From Obrimoposthia wandeli (taxonomy: Eukaryota): a stretch of DNA of 64,000 bases. The translations under genes were made by a program, and so were the position numbers. Every line of letters begins with the position of its first letter. Position 1 is the stretch's first letter. The notes below the pieces were generated by a model, which did not search any database, had not been told where the DNA came from, and saw only the letters and a program-made list of their open reading frames with translations. The stretch spans positions 124,001 through 188,000 of the forward strand of contig CDROCS010003345.1 of NCBI GenBank assembly GCA_977020255.1. Direction: 5' to 3'. Shown piece by piece: positions 38,701-51,114 of this stretch.

Positions 38701-40159
38701 TAACGATGATTCGGAATCTATTAAAAAATTATATGTGGTGTTGGATGGTTGCGCCTTGAAAGTGGAATTTATACCGACGTATAATGGTGCGTTTATACGT
38801 GGTATTAATCGTTTTTTGGAAATGAGCACGGTGCTTCACATTTATATGCGTTTTTTCCGTACGTTTTATGGTAGTAACACATGTTTGGTTGTGAATCTTT
38901 TTGCGATGTGTGAGATCCGTTAAATTTGAAGTGAGGTGAATGAGTTCTTCGGTGAAAGTGTGGTGATTGATTTCTCTGGTGATGTGCAGATGCTTGGTTT
39001 TCTTGGTTGAAATGGGGCGGTTTGTTGTAGTTTCTTATGATAAAGTTTTGTGATTGGTGTGTTGGATGGTATTTTGAGTAAGGTGGTTGATCTCTGTTGG
39101 ATGGGAGTTGTTTCTGTAGTTATGTCTGTGGTTGTTTCGATTATTAAGAGTGATTTTCCTGAGGAGTTTGTTATTCTTCGCTAGTTGATGACTGATGGCT
39201 AGTAATATTGTGTTTTGTTGAGTGTCTTCGTTTTGTGGTGGGTGTCTGATGTGGTTGGTCTCAGTGTGGACTCTGTTATGATGGATATTGTCTGCAATGT
39301 CAGTCATTTTCTCTATGTCTATGGTGTTGGTTGCGGTTATTATGTATCTGGTGTTTGGTGGTAAAGTTTTAAGGAAACACTCTTTGAGGATGTTGGATCG
39401 TGGTGTGAGTGTTGTGGGTCAATGTTGTATAATTGTTTTTTCAAATGTTTGAGTAGTTGTGATGGTGTTTTAGAGTCTGTGTTAGATGGATTGAGTAATT
39501 GCTCGAGTGCGTTTTTTGTCACGTTTCTTCGATTTTTATTGATGTGCCTAATTAACTCTTTCGTGGGGTCTTTGTGGCTTAGAATGTCATTAACATCCTC
39601 CGCTATGGTCTAGATTGTGGTAGCGGGCAGCTTGTTTATGATGTGTGTTGTGATCTCTATGTTGGTATGTTTGTCTGTGGATATTAAAATAATATTTGTT
39701 AAATTTATCCAATCGGTTGGATTGTTGCTTTCATCAGCAAAGTATTGTGAAGACTTAATGTGTGTGATGGTTGGTGGTTGTGTTTTTGGCATTTGTGTTT
39801 GTTGTATTTTGAATGTTGGTGAAAAGAAGTGTTGTATGTAGAAGTGTTAGTGACTAGTACAGTTAAGAAGAACCTAGGAAAAAAAGAAAAAGGCAAATGT
39901 TAAATGTTGTGATATAAGGGTTGTGATTCCCACCGTCAGAAGTTGCCAGAACGATGGTAGAACGGTTGGATGGTGTGGAGAGTAGTTGTAGAGGGTTGCT
40001 GGATCGAGAGTTGGTCGTTGTTTGTAGTAATTTGTTCGCGTTGGTTGTTGTTTGTTGTAATTTGTTTGCGTTAATCGTTGTTTGTTGTAATTTGTTCGTG
40101 TTGGTCGTTGTTTGTTGTTTGTTGTAATTTGTTCGTGTTTGACGTTGTTCGTTGTAATT

Positions 40160-40172
40160 TGTTCGGGCGCCA
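40160..40172 (-). promoter_or_regulatory. tRNA-Lys-type primer binding site
   Basis: Minus strand TGGCGCCCGAACA, 3 nt from the 5' LTR; matches the tRNA-Lys(UUU) PBS. Confidence 0.85.
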
Positions 40173-40175
40173 ATT

Positions 40176-40358
40176 TGTTGAGATGAAGTAATTGAGGAAT
40201 TTGGGTTGAGAAGACAAGACCTTGAAATTTTATTGATTTATTTTTTATTCATAATACATAATTACAATACTTGCAATAATAAATAACAAAATGTGCACAC
40301 ATAAACAAAATGGCAACACAAAGAGTAAAATAGTGTGCAATAAAAACATATCACAACA
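40176..40358 (-). repeat. 5' LTR of the gypsy element
   Basis: tgttgagatgaag...tatcacaaca; adjacent PBS. Confidence 0.9.
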
Positions 40359-41329
40359 CTCTGTCAGTCAAAAATTAATTTGTATTAAGTTTGTTAATAT
40401 GCTATTAAAAGGTTATCAAGTATAAAATAAATGAAATATATTGAAAATGTAGGCATAAATTTAAAATAAATATATAAATTTAATATAAATTTATATATTT
40501 CGAGATAACGCATAAAGATAGTATTAATATTTTATTAGAAACATATACATTTTATACATCATTGTAAGCCGAGGCAGTCCACGCATTCGACAGCCGATTA
40601 TATAAAAGTTTGAAGTAAATCTTCTTTTGGTGTACTTTTATGTTTCATTTTCCATATTTTGGACCATGAAGACATTTACAAAACATTTCTACATGAATAA
40701 GAGCCATGTTTTTCAATGTTTTGAAAATATCTATCGCCTTCTTCGTCCGCTTTTCAGTGGTTATATATTCAAGCTCCATATTGACAAATTAAATGATTAA
40801 AAAACAATAATTAAAAAACATATGACTATTTTAATGCATATGGATTATTATTATACAAATTGTATTCCAAAAATATCTAAACTTTTTTTAATTATTTTAC
40901 ACATAAAATTGAGATAAACATAAATGGAAAAACATTCAAAAATAAAGTTTTTACTTTTTTGAATAAATTGTTTTAATAATACTTAATTATTTTTATGAGT
41001 TTTTAGCGCCAAATTTAAAAGTAAGGAATACGGTCGAAAACTGCCAAATTATTAATTTTACAAACTTTTATCAAAATTTAAGTTATTAAAAAACAAAGAG
41101 GAGTTGGGTATAATTAATGCAAAAAATTGCGGTCATTTAAAATTTTGTTAAAATTAGTAATTTTAAAAATCTTATCAAAATTTATGTTATTCAAAAACTA
41201 AAAGGAGTCAGGAATAATTAATGCAAAAAATTGTAAAAATATGTACAAGTGAGTTAATTTTTGTATAATTATATTATTTTTAAATAAAAAAAGTATATAA
41301 TTATAATTTTAAATAAAAAAAGTATTTTA

Positions 41330-42500
41330 ATAATTGTAAAATTAAAATTTGTTTGATGTTTGCGTTTAAACTAAATTGTTTAAACCAAATTATTTAAATA
41401 GAACAATAAATTTAATAAAAAGTAACGTATTTTGAATTTTATAAACATCTTTGCTTCATTTTTATATTAAAAAGAAAATTACATTTCAATATTATATTTT
41501 TTAAAAAATTGATGTAAAAATAATTTTTTTTAATGTTTCCGTTTTAATAAAATTAATGAAAATTTTGCCTTAATTTAAATATTTATAAAAAAAAATTAGT
41601 AAAATATTTTTTATGTTTATTAAAAATGTTATCTAATTTTTTTAATTAATAAAAAAATAAGAACTTTAATATGTTATTTAAAAAAACAAAACATTAAATT
41701 GTATATTATTCTTTTATTTTATAATTAACATTTGTTTGTTTAATATTTATGTTTTAAATCAAATTTGTTTAATTACATAAATAGAAACAATGAAAACTTT
41801 GTGCAAATTTAAATATCTATCATAGAAAAATATTTTGAGTAAAAAACATCTTTGCTTCATTTTTATATTTTAAAAAATTGAACTTCAATATCATATTTAA
41901 AAAAAAACTATGTCAAAATAATTTTTGTTTGATGTTTCGTTTTAAATTTTTTTTAAAATAAATTAATAAAATTAATGAAAATTTGGCGGAAATTTAAATT
42001 ATTGTGAAAAAATAGTAAAGTATTTTGAATTTTATAAACATTTTTGGTTTATATTTATTTTAAATAATGGTACTTTAACATTTTATTTTTAAAACATGTT
42101 AAATTAAAATTTGTTTAACTTTAACTAAAACTAACAAATTATATTGGCTCACATTTAAATTAAACAATATTATTATTTTAACAATTTACAAGTATTTTTA
42201 TTTTTCACCAAGACTCCTTATTTTAATAAACAAAATTGTTTAATTACATTAATAAAATTAATAAAAAATTAGCGTAAATTTAAATATTTATTAAAAAAAA
42301 ATTAGTAACTTATTTTGAGTTTATTAAAAAAAATTGATTAATATTTATTTTAAATAATGGTACTTTAATATTTCATTTTATAAAACCCGTTAAATTAAAA
42401 TTTAGTACACTTTAACAAAAACTAAAAAGTTAATTTGGCACAAATTTTAATTAAAAAATATTATTATTTTTGAAATTACAAGTATTTTTATTTTTCATAG
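41330..42500. repeat. Diverged AT-rich tandem repeat (~290-400-bp period)
   Basis: Recurring aaacatctttgcttcatttttatatt (two copies ~400 bp apart), taaataatggtactttaa (42061, 42351) and taataaaattaatgaaaattt. Confidence 0.5.
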
Positions 42501-44060
42501 GACCCCTTAATTTAAGGGTATGGTTGAACTCAATTTTGATAGACAAATACTACCATGTAATCAAATAATCAACTTTGTTCCAAATTTTTTTAAAAATTTT
42601 TACATGATTAAAAGCACAATATTTTGACAATGTATTTAAATCTTTGAAATTCCAACCTTTTTACACTTTCATCTATTGTCAACCATACCTTTATGATGAA
42701 TTCACCTTCTAAAGATGATTCCAACCATGTACCAAAACCTTGATATTTTAAACTTCATTTTGTCCTTAGCCCGACTCCTTCATTTATGGACGACCACAAT
42801 CCTTTAGATGTGATGGTCAACTATATATGATCACAACCATACCTTCAAACCATCAAGTCATAACTGAGTCCGATCCTTTCATATATGGACGACCACAACC
42901 CCTTGGCTATATATAATATACCATAGAGAGTCACAGCCATACCTTAAAACCTTCATAACCTTTCTCAGCCAAACCCTTATGGTGTGGCAAGCCACCCTTG
43001 ATATGACGTTATCCTTTTTGGTGTGCCCACACAAGGAGGAGGTCAAGTGGCCCAGACTCTATCTTCCAACTACTCACATCTTTAATTTTTTTTCAGTATA
43101 ATATTTTTTTAGAAATCTTCTTTGTCCGATTGTAAAGTAGCGAGGAAAAAAACTTATTTTAAAGGAAAATAAATAATTAAAATTGTTCGCAAAATTTTCT
43201 TCCTTTGTATATGAAATTTTGTTTTGTTTCAGATATCTGAACTAAATCGACAGAAATCTTTGATTGCTAGTAATGCAACTAAAATTTTGAATCCCAAAAA
43301 GGGGTCATGTAGCCAAATTCTCGAACTTGTTAAAATATTCTCTTTTGAACTGTCTATATTCATTATAATTTATCTTTCTTGGTGGATATTCGTAAAGTTG
43401 TGATTTATTACTAATTAATGCTATTATTTCTGTTACATTTTTTTATCATATATCATAGTTATTCATTATTTGATCATATATCATAGTTATTCGTTATTTG
43501 AACATAGGCATATAATATTATTATAGATTTCTTTAGAGATTCATTGGTGGCAATATATTTCTTTAGTGATTCATTGGTGGCAATAGATTTCTTCAATGAT
43601 TCATTGATGGCAGTATATTTCTTCATTGATTCATTAGTGGCAATATATTTCTTCAATGATTCATTGGTGACAGTATATTTCTTCAATGATTCATTGATGG
43701 CAGTATATTTCTTCAATGATTCATTGGTGGCAATAGATTTCTTCAATGATTCATTGGTGGTAGTATATTTCTTCAGTGATTTATTGGTGGCAGTATATTT
43801 CTTCAATGATTCATTGATGGCAATAGATTTCTTCAATGATTCATTGGTGGTAGTATATTTCTTCAGTGATTCATTGGTGGCAGTATATTTCTTCAATGAT
43901 TCATTGGTTGCAAAAGATTTCTCCAGTGATTCATTGGTGGTAATCGATTTCTTCAGTGATTCATTGGTGGTAATATCTTTCTTCAGTGATTCATTAGTAT
44001 CAATATATTTCTTCAATGATTCATTGGTGACAATAGATTTCTTCAGTGATTCATTGGTGG

Positions 44061-46158
44061 TGTTGGGGTTTCTATATGAAACTTATAGATCCTCTTGAAT
44101 GTGGAGGGCCCCAACGAGCTCCCAAAAACAGGACTTGTAAATGGTTGTGGCCTACATAAATGAGATGCCATTGCCTGTCTCAATTCTTATCTGAAGGTTT
44201 GTTGTTTTGTCTTAATCTGAAGGGTTTAGAACAATGCTTTCTAGTTGTAGGAAATCGTTTATTTATTAAACACACTAGACTAACACGAATCAATACGTTT
44301 ACGTACGTATTTCTAAAAGGTTACAGTAAAATTCCTAAGACTTATGTAAGTCTCTACACAAGTGGGGATGATCCACGTATCGATTTTAAGTTTATGTTTG
44401 TTTTAGTTACTAGAGTCTTTACTCTCAAAATAGGGATTGATTTTAGAGAGCTGCTGCTCTAAAAATATAAGTAGTTTAGAGAGCTTATTTCTCTAACTGG
44501 GGATGGAGTTTAGTAGAGCTGTTGCTCTAAATTATGGGTAGAAATATGGGGTCAGTTCATTCAAAATGTGGGACAATTTATATCAATTTTCCTTCAAAAT
44601 TGCTTATAAAATTACTGTACAATATCAATGTACTCAATTACATTTTTTATTTCCCTTTCAAAAATGGCCTCTGAAATTACTGTAAAATATCAATTTACTC
44701 AAAACTTTCATTTTCAAAAATGGCTTCTAAAATCGCCACAAAATATCTGTTTACTCAAAACTTTCTTTTTCAAAAATGGCTTCTTAAATCGCCACAAAAT
44801 ATCTGTTTACTCAAAACTTTCTTTTTCAAAAATGGCTTCTTAAATCGCCACAAAATATCTTTTTACTCAAAAACTTTCTTTTTCAAAAATGGCTTTTTAA
44901 ATCGCAACAAAATATCTGTTTACTCAAAACTTTCTTTTTCAAAAATGGCTTCTTAAATCGCCACAAAATATCTGTTTACTCAAAACTTTCTTTTTCAAAA
45001 ATGGCTTCTTATATCGCCACAAAATATCTGTTTACTCAAAACTTTCTTTTTCAAAAATGGCTTCTTAATCGCCACAAAATATCTGTTTACTCAAAACTTT
45101 CTTTTTCAAAAATGGCTTCTTAATCGCCACAAAATATATGTTTACTCAAAACTTTCTTTTTTTTAAAAATGGCTTCTTAATCGCCACAAAATATCTGTTT
45201 CTATATTTCCTATCTCACCAATGTTTAGGAATACCGCCGATTCAATCTGCGTCCCTGCGATATCCTGCGAATCCCTAGCTTGAGATAGCTGGGCCCGTGA
45301 GCTGTTGATCCGTTGTGTTTGTTCCTCGGCGTTCGATCCAGCAATCCACGTATGCTGGCGAGATTGGCGATTCCGGAAAGATCTGCGAGATCTGTTTTGC
45401 AATGAAATTGATTCACTAACTGCTCTTCTCTTACCTTGTGCTGCTGATCCGCTGTGTTTAATCTGATGCAGTTCCGATCCAACAATTTACGATTTGTCCA
45501 CTAAATTCTTCCTTGGATGCAAGGCAACTTCTCCAACCAAATCTCCGAGATTTTACGATTCTTATCCTTTCTTTTAAACGTTGATTTACTCAAGGCTCTT
45601 TTTTCCAATCAGCCTCCTTTTATTTAATTTTGAGTCAATTACGGCAATTCTCTGTTATCGATCCTGCAATTAGGGAATTCAACTTGCACTGAAAATAAGT
45701 GCACTTACGTTGCTGGCTAAAGCTGTTGTTTCTCCCGTCCGTGTTCTGCTCGGTTCTCGTCGGTCGCTAATGGACTCTGTCTGTTCGGTCGCTAATGGTC
45801 TCTAATGGATGAGGTAACAATTTTGTTTGCTCGGTCGCTAATGGACTCTAATGGATGAGTTAACAATTTTCTAAATTAGCACTTTACCTTGATTCTTCTT
45901 TTAATTGGATTTTTCTTCTTCTAAATTATACCTTCTTTGCTAATCTTTTGTGAGGGCCTTTTGCTTTTAATTTTAACTTCTTATATACTGCACATCATAC
46001 ATGACCTTCGTGGTCCTTAAATATTTTAACGTACCCCTTTTAATTTCAGCAATTCAATTTTAAATAATTTTATTTTAATTATAACCTTGCTTTCAAGGAT
46101 TTTATTTTGATATAAATTAAATCAATTATTTAATATTTATCAAATCCTAATCCTAACA
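44061..46158 (-). mobile_element. Solo LTR (2098 bp) with 4-bp TSD GTGG
   Basis: tgttgggg...cctaaca termini; gtgg at 44057-44060 and 46159-46162; minus-strand TATA (~45980) and AATAAA (~44260). Homologous to 59085-60652. Confidence 0.9.
44655..45202. repeat. ~56-bp tandem array (~9-10 units) inside the solo LTR
   Basis: Unit aaaatatctgtttactcaaaactttctttttcaaaaatggcttcttaaatcgccac. Confidence 0.92.
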
Positions 46159-47999
46159 GTGGTAATAGATTTCTTCAATGATTCATTGGTTGTAATAGAT
46201 TTCTTCAATGATTCATTGGTGGCAGTATATTTCTTCAATGATTCATTGTATATGAAAAACTGAAAAAGATTCATCATCCATTACAATAGGTTATTTGTAT
46301 AAGTTAAGAATTTGGCACGATTGTTTTTCATTACAGTATATTCTTTTTCTCTTTTTATGCTTTTACTTCTTCTTATGCCTTATATGCCTGATTGATAGAC
46401 TGACCTTCATGTTTAATGCGTAGTAAAATATAATTCTACATGTCGCTTTAAGCCAAACGATTCATTATCTTTGTATATGTCTAGCGATCAATAGAAATCA
46501 CGCGACGGGATATTTTTGGTTTGCAGATGTCTTAAAGCACTTAATTTACGTTATTTCAATATTAAAAACATTGCGATAAAATTTGTTCGGATGTTTGGTT
46601 ATCACTCGATGTATATAAAATTTGCTAAGACCATATTTTATATGTAACATTCAATTAATTCTATTTATTATTTTAAAATATTAAATTATTACTTTCTTAC
46701 TTATACCATGCTTGAAAACTCTATCCATATATACAATTGTCAATTTCTTTATTTTATATAATTTATGAATAAATGCTGGAGTAGATTTATTTTGGTATGT
46801 AACAGTAAAACAATTTAAAAACAAAAAAGAGTTATACAATTATTTATGATGATTTTTTATATTTAAATGAAAAATGAAATCAGAGATAAATATCTAAATA
46901 ATTTTTGTCATTATTTTTGAAAATATTTAGAGATATTATTAATTGAATTAATTGACATTCTATAATTAATTATATTTCTTCATTAATTTCACATTCGTCA
47001 ATTTAAAATAATGAAAGAAAATTAACTCAAATCTTTATTTCAATAAAATAATCAAATAGTAAAATAATTTTGTATTATATTTGTGCCATTAATATTAAGT
47101 CTTTCAAAACAACAACAAAAAAGTTCAGAATGGTAAAAAGCTGAAACAGAAATTAAAACCATATTAGAAACTTCGAAAAATATAAATCAAAGCAGATCTA
47201 AACTGCGATTTTCGTTAAAGGAATCTTGCAAAATAATTTTGATGATTGCGTATGATTGGGCTATAGAGAGGAAAGGAGAGAATTGAAGAGAGGGAGAGGA
47301 TGACGAGGGAAGAGGGACGGAAGGTGTCATTGCGAAGAGAAGGGATCGACGTTGGGGGCAGTGTGCAGGCGATGAGGTCTAGTCATGTACATAGAGCAGC
47401 TGAGAGTCTGCTGCTGACGGTGGTGGAGATGGGGATGGACGTGGTGACTAGATGGGTGCAGCCGATATCTAGCGGGAACATCCGTCCGCTGTCGCATCTT
47501 CTGGGTGTCGCTGCTGTCACCGTATGGACTGCACAGAAAGACATCGATAACTGGAAGTTTACGTTTATGTCGAACGATTCACAGTAAGTAAAAATGTTTT
47601 TGCCCTCTCACGCTGTGGGGTAGAAGCAAAAAAGATCGTCAACTCCGGATGCTAAACCTTTTTAGTTGAAAATGCAGGTAATTTTTTGTTGTTGGAAAAG
47701 TTAAGTAGGTCATATAGTTGAGGATCTTATTGTTTTTAAAAGATTAACTATACCAGTTTTTTTTAGATTTAGATGTACCATCGAAAATTATTGACCAAAT
47801 ATGTTTTCAGATATTCAATATATTCCTTCGTTTGATTTACATTCGACCCGATATATATATATATATATGTGTGCAAATGTATATTTACTTGTAACAATTA
47901 ATTAATAAGTATGATCGGTTACAAAAATATGAGATGTATATATTAGTTTCGTCACACCCCAGAATGTCGATCAGCGATTCACTGCGAGACGCTAACTTC

Positions 48000-49400
48000 C
48001 AAAAGAGTTTCCAGTCAGCGATTTTGACTGCAGTTTGATTGAAATAGGTTTGGATGGATGACGATCATTTAAATTGGTGGTAACAATTTTTAAAGCCGAT
48101 TGTAAATTATATTCTGAAAAATTACAATGTCGTTGAATATGCATTTTCTCAATTATCACTCGGAATTTTTTCCCCAAAACTCGAGAAAATGTATGTTGAA
48201 CAGGGTGAAATATTCAATCATATCAGGGTGTGACCAAAGTTGTGAATGGTCTAGAGAGTATGCAAGCAAGCCACCATGAATGTCTGTGAGAACGCACCGC
48301 ATAGCAGATGGGCCCTCCCATTGGCATCGCTGCTGTTGCTTGTGAGGTCTGTGTACGTGGGGAGGTAGTGTCTTCTTGCAGTCTGGGATACTCCTCGATC
48401 TACCCTCTGTTTTGGATGAGGAGCAGCGCGATGGCAACCAATGTTGATCCACTTGTGTAATAGAAGATCTGTCACGAATTCCCGAGTTTGCCTGCACCAT
48501 TTAATATCGATAACACTGAGTTACTACAAGATCTATACCAGTAGAAGTAATGAAAACTGTCTAGAATACAATATTTAACCCAACTGAATACGCATAGTAT
48601 GAATAAGCGTACACGTAAAAGTTCATTAATATTACAGTTCCTCAACAAGTGGAGACATGAATAGGTCCAAGTAGCTTCTATTAAACACTGGTGTATTGTT
48701 CAAGATAAGCATTTTGATCCACATTCCCAATCTACTAACACAAGCACGATGGATCATTAATATAGTAGTACTTCGTAATTGCTGCTGTGGTTGTCGTTCA
48801 GGCCACAGGTTGAATCCTGTCCTTCCTGAAACAGTTCGAGAAGAAATGTCTGTACTGGTTTAAGACAAAGGTCAGTCGTGCTCAAGTTCCCGTTTTCAGT
48901 GTCTTCATTGACCTTACCTCACTTGCAGTACAATCTTTTCTCTTGGAGCCATGTCCGCTTGCGACAGCCCATCAACTCCAGCGAGTGTCCCATACGCTAC
49001 CTCGTGAAACTAATGATCACATCTTTCTGTTAGCTGTTCACCAGCCCATCTCTTACCCCTCATTTTCAATAAATTGACCTAGTCCTTGCAGTTGTCTTCA
49101 TACGTGCTTTTGCTACGTCAAAGCACCACTTTCTACCCAACTGAGGCATTTATCCACCTCGCGCTGCCACCATGTCTACCCACACTTGTCCAGGTCACAC
49201 GATTGGTTTGATCTACTGATCTCACCCAGTCAGATATACACTTCCTTAAGTAAGTCGTATTTGGTGATGTACTTGAATCTCGACAGGATCTCCACACTCA
49301 ACATATTTTTGGTTGCTATCCTCATATTCTTCCACTCATCCATCTGCTCTACTAGCCATTAAAGTGCTAAAAATGGTACAGGAATTACTTTCACATACAA
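48000..49400 (-). mobile_element. Unassigned GC-richer retroelement relic; part recurs inverted at ~50470-50735
   Basis: Shared blocks gtatgg.acactcgctggag and gacctttgt.t.aaacc..t...ttcaacc...gcctgaac.acaacca in opposite orientation. No open frame; family uncertain. Confidence 0.35.
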
Positions 49401-49437
49401 AAGATCATGCACAACAATAACACTATTATTGGTCCCG

Positions 49438-49614
49438 AAATTAATTTGATCCATATCTGCCTATGCTTCAGTTGTGGAATTGTAATTCACATAAGCATAT
49501 CCAGAAAAAGTATCGTAACCAAATCTCTACATATATACATGAAATTCCCATGATGCTATAATCTATCGCATAGAACCGCTTCAGTAACATCAGGATGCAG
49601 ATCTCTAAAATATG
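49438..49614 (-). pseudogene. PABPC: Poly(A)-binding protein RRM1 pseudogene fragment
   Basis: DLHPDVTEAVL...ICRDLVT...GYAYVNY....EA.ADMDQINF matches PABP GDLHPDVTEAML..VCRDMIT..SLGYAYVNF..DAERALDTMNF, with stops and frameshifts. Confidence 0.7.
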
Positions 49615-50962
49615 ACTTGCACACGTAACGAAATTTATAATTTTTATTTATTTCATCAACATAAACACAATTCACTCAAGTTTGAAAACAACACGATGTA
49701 TGGCTATTATATGGCGACACCAAAACATCAAATCACTTTAAAGTACTAACACATTCTTGGCCTCCAATTATCCCAATGGAAACTTGTACGTAATTAGTCC
49801 GAGTCATTATGCGAGTCTCATTCTACAGAAAGTTTAAAAGCTTGAAATACCAATTATTTAAACCAACTCAATCTGCCAGCGGTTTTTCGAATACGACCTA
49901 TGAAGGACTTTTGGGTATACTGAAATCAAAAGTTTACTATAGAAATCGGGTTACAAAATATCATTCCCCAAATTAGGAACGCATCGTGTAATGGACAAAA
50001 TTATGTTTTATATTAATGTTAATTTTAATAAATCTTTAAATAATTTCTTGAATTTTTCCAAAAAACTTTTCTATAATAACTTTGTGTAATAACATTTTAA
50101 AGAATTTTTATTAGGAGAGCCTATGATTTTAAAAATTTGTTGGACAACATGATTGTTAAAACACAAATTATTCATATTTCTTTCTTTATTCAAAATACTT
50201 TCATCAACATAACTAACACTATGTGTGACTACACAGTAAGATAATCACATACATATACACATGCCGCACAGACTGCAACACCGCCAGAGAAACTATCACA
50301 CATACACTCTGATATCGAACAAACAAAGCACTTTATAGTTCTCATTGGCCCATTTTAAACGCATTTTAATTGTTGTTGGTGAAGCTTGGCTTTTTAATGT
50401 TGCAAAGTGTAAAATGAAGAGTGCATAGAGAAAGAAAATAATTAGAAACGTCAGGACTAGGGTAATTTACGATAAAGAAGTGGTGTGTGGAAGTTGAGAA
50501 CAACTGTCTGAAAAGCGTGGTCAGTAGTTCTCGGTCTCATGTATGGAACACTCGCTGGAGCTGAGGAAATAGCATAAGCGGAGAGAGAACAGACAGTGAA
50601 AGATAGATGGCGAGGAACAGCTGTGAACACGACATTTGGTTCATTGTAGACCTTTGTTTGAAACCTGTGACATGGTTCTGGAACCAGTTTAGAGGAAACA
50701 GATTTCAACCGCCGGCCTGAACCACAACCATACAAAAAGCATTCATACGTACATCATGTTTCAAACAAAGACGGATTTTCTAAGCAACACTCATAAACAA
50801 TGACAAAGAAACGTTTTGTTAACTACTAATAATTTTAAGATCCACTGCAAATTCCTATTCTCACAGTACATTTGGTAACAGACAATTTTCAACATGACTC
50901 AGTTTGGAGGCAGACAAATCGCAGAGTAGATTGTCAAGACGTTGTGAAACTATTTGTAAAAT

Positions 50963-51114
50963 GGTGTGGTGTTTCCCAAATACGAAAACCTTATTCACAA
51001 ATAGGCTCATTTGACCGAAGTTTCTGGCTAGATGAGAAGGTGTGGTGTTTCCAAAATACGGAAACCATATTCACAAATAAGCTCATTAACCAAAGTTCCT
51101 GGCTAGCTGAGAAG
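50963..51114. repeat. 76-bp tandem duplication
   Basis: Two copies of ggtgtggtgtttcc.aaatacg.aaacc.tattcacaaata.gctcatt...ctggctag.tgagaag. Confidence 0.75.

Larger units (their letters stand above)
35508..40358 (-). mobile_element. Degenerate Ty3/gypsy LTR retrotransposon, both LTRs present
   Basis: Protease FLIDS.S / IIADVSQPIIGSDFL; RT CGDYRALN, FSKLDL, TPFGLYEY..PFGLKN, FIDDILI; RNase H TTDAS, DRELLAIY, TDHKP; integrase HTDLVGP, TDQG, YDGPY. Confidence 0.92.
43525..46248 (-). repeat. 30-bp minisatellite (~18 + 3 units), split by a solo LTR; open frame (KKYTATNESL)n
   Basis: Unit ttcttcaatgattcattggtggcagtatat at 43525-44060, resuming at 46159-46248. Confidence 0.92.

Noticed and set aside
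35786-39841. Many plus-strand Val/Cys/Leu-rich ORFs
   Set aside because: Antisense shadows of the A/C-rich gypsy coding strand.
43000-43057. ...cccagactctatcttccaactact as the Polinton right TIR
   Set aside because: Only loose similarity to the 17998 terminus; following bases cacatc do not match the expected TSD tccctt.
43544-44098. 184-aa plus-strand hydrophobic repeat ORF
   Set aside because: Antisense shadow of the 30-bp array; unit variation is non-synonymous in this frame.
44628-44956. Repeat-containing ORFs (MASK.../FFKNGFLNRHKI)
   Set aside because: By-products of the 56-bp array in an LTR; the period is not a multiple of three.
43525-45202. CRISPR-like arrays
   Set aside because: Units are head-to-tail with no unique spacers, no cas genes, and the context is eukaryotic.
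47300-47587. 95-aa ORF followed by a gtaagt donor
   Set aside because: No recognisable protein or supporting neighbouring exon; could be a repeat relic.
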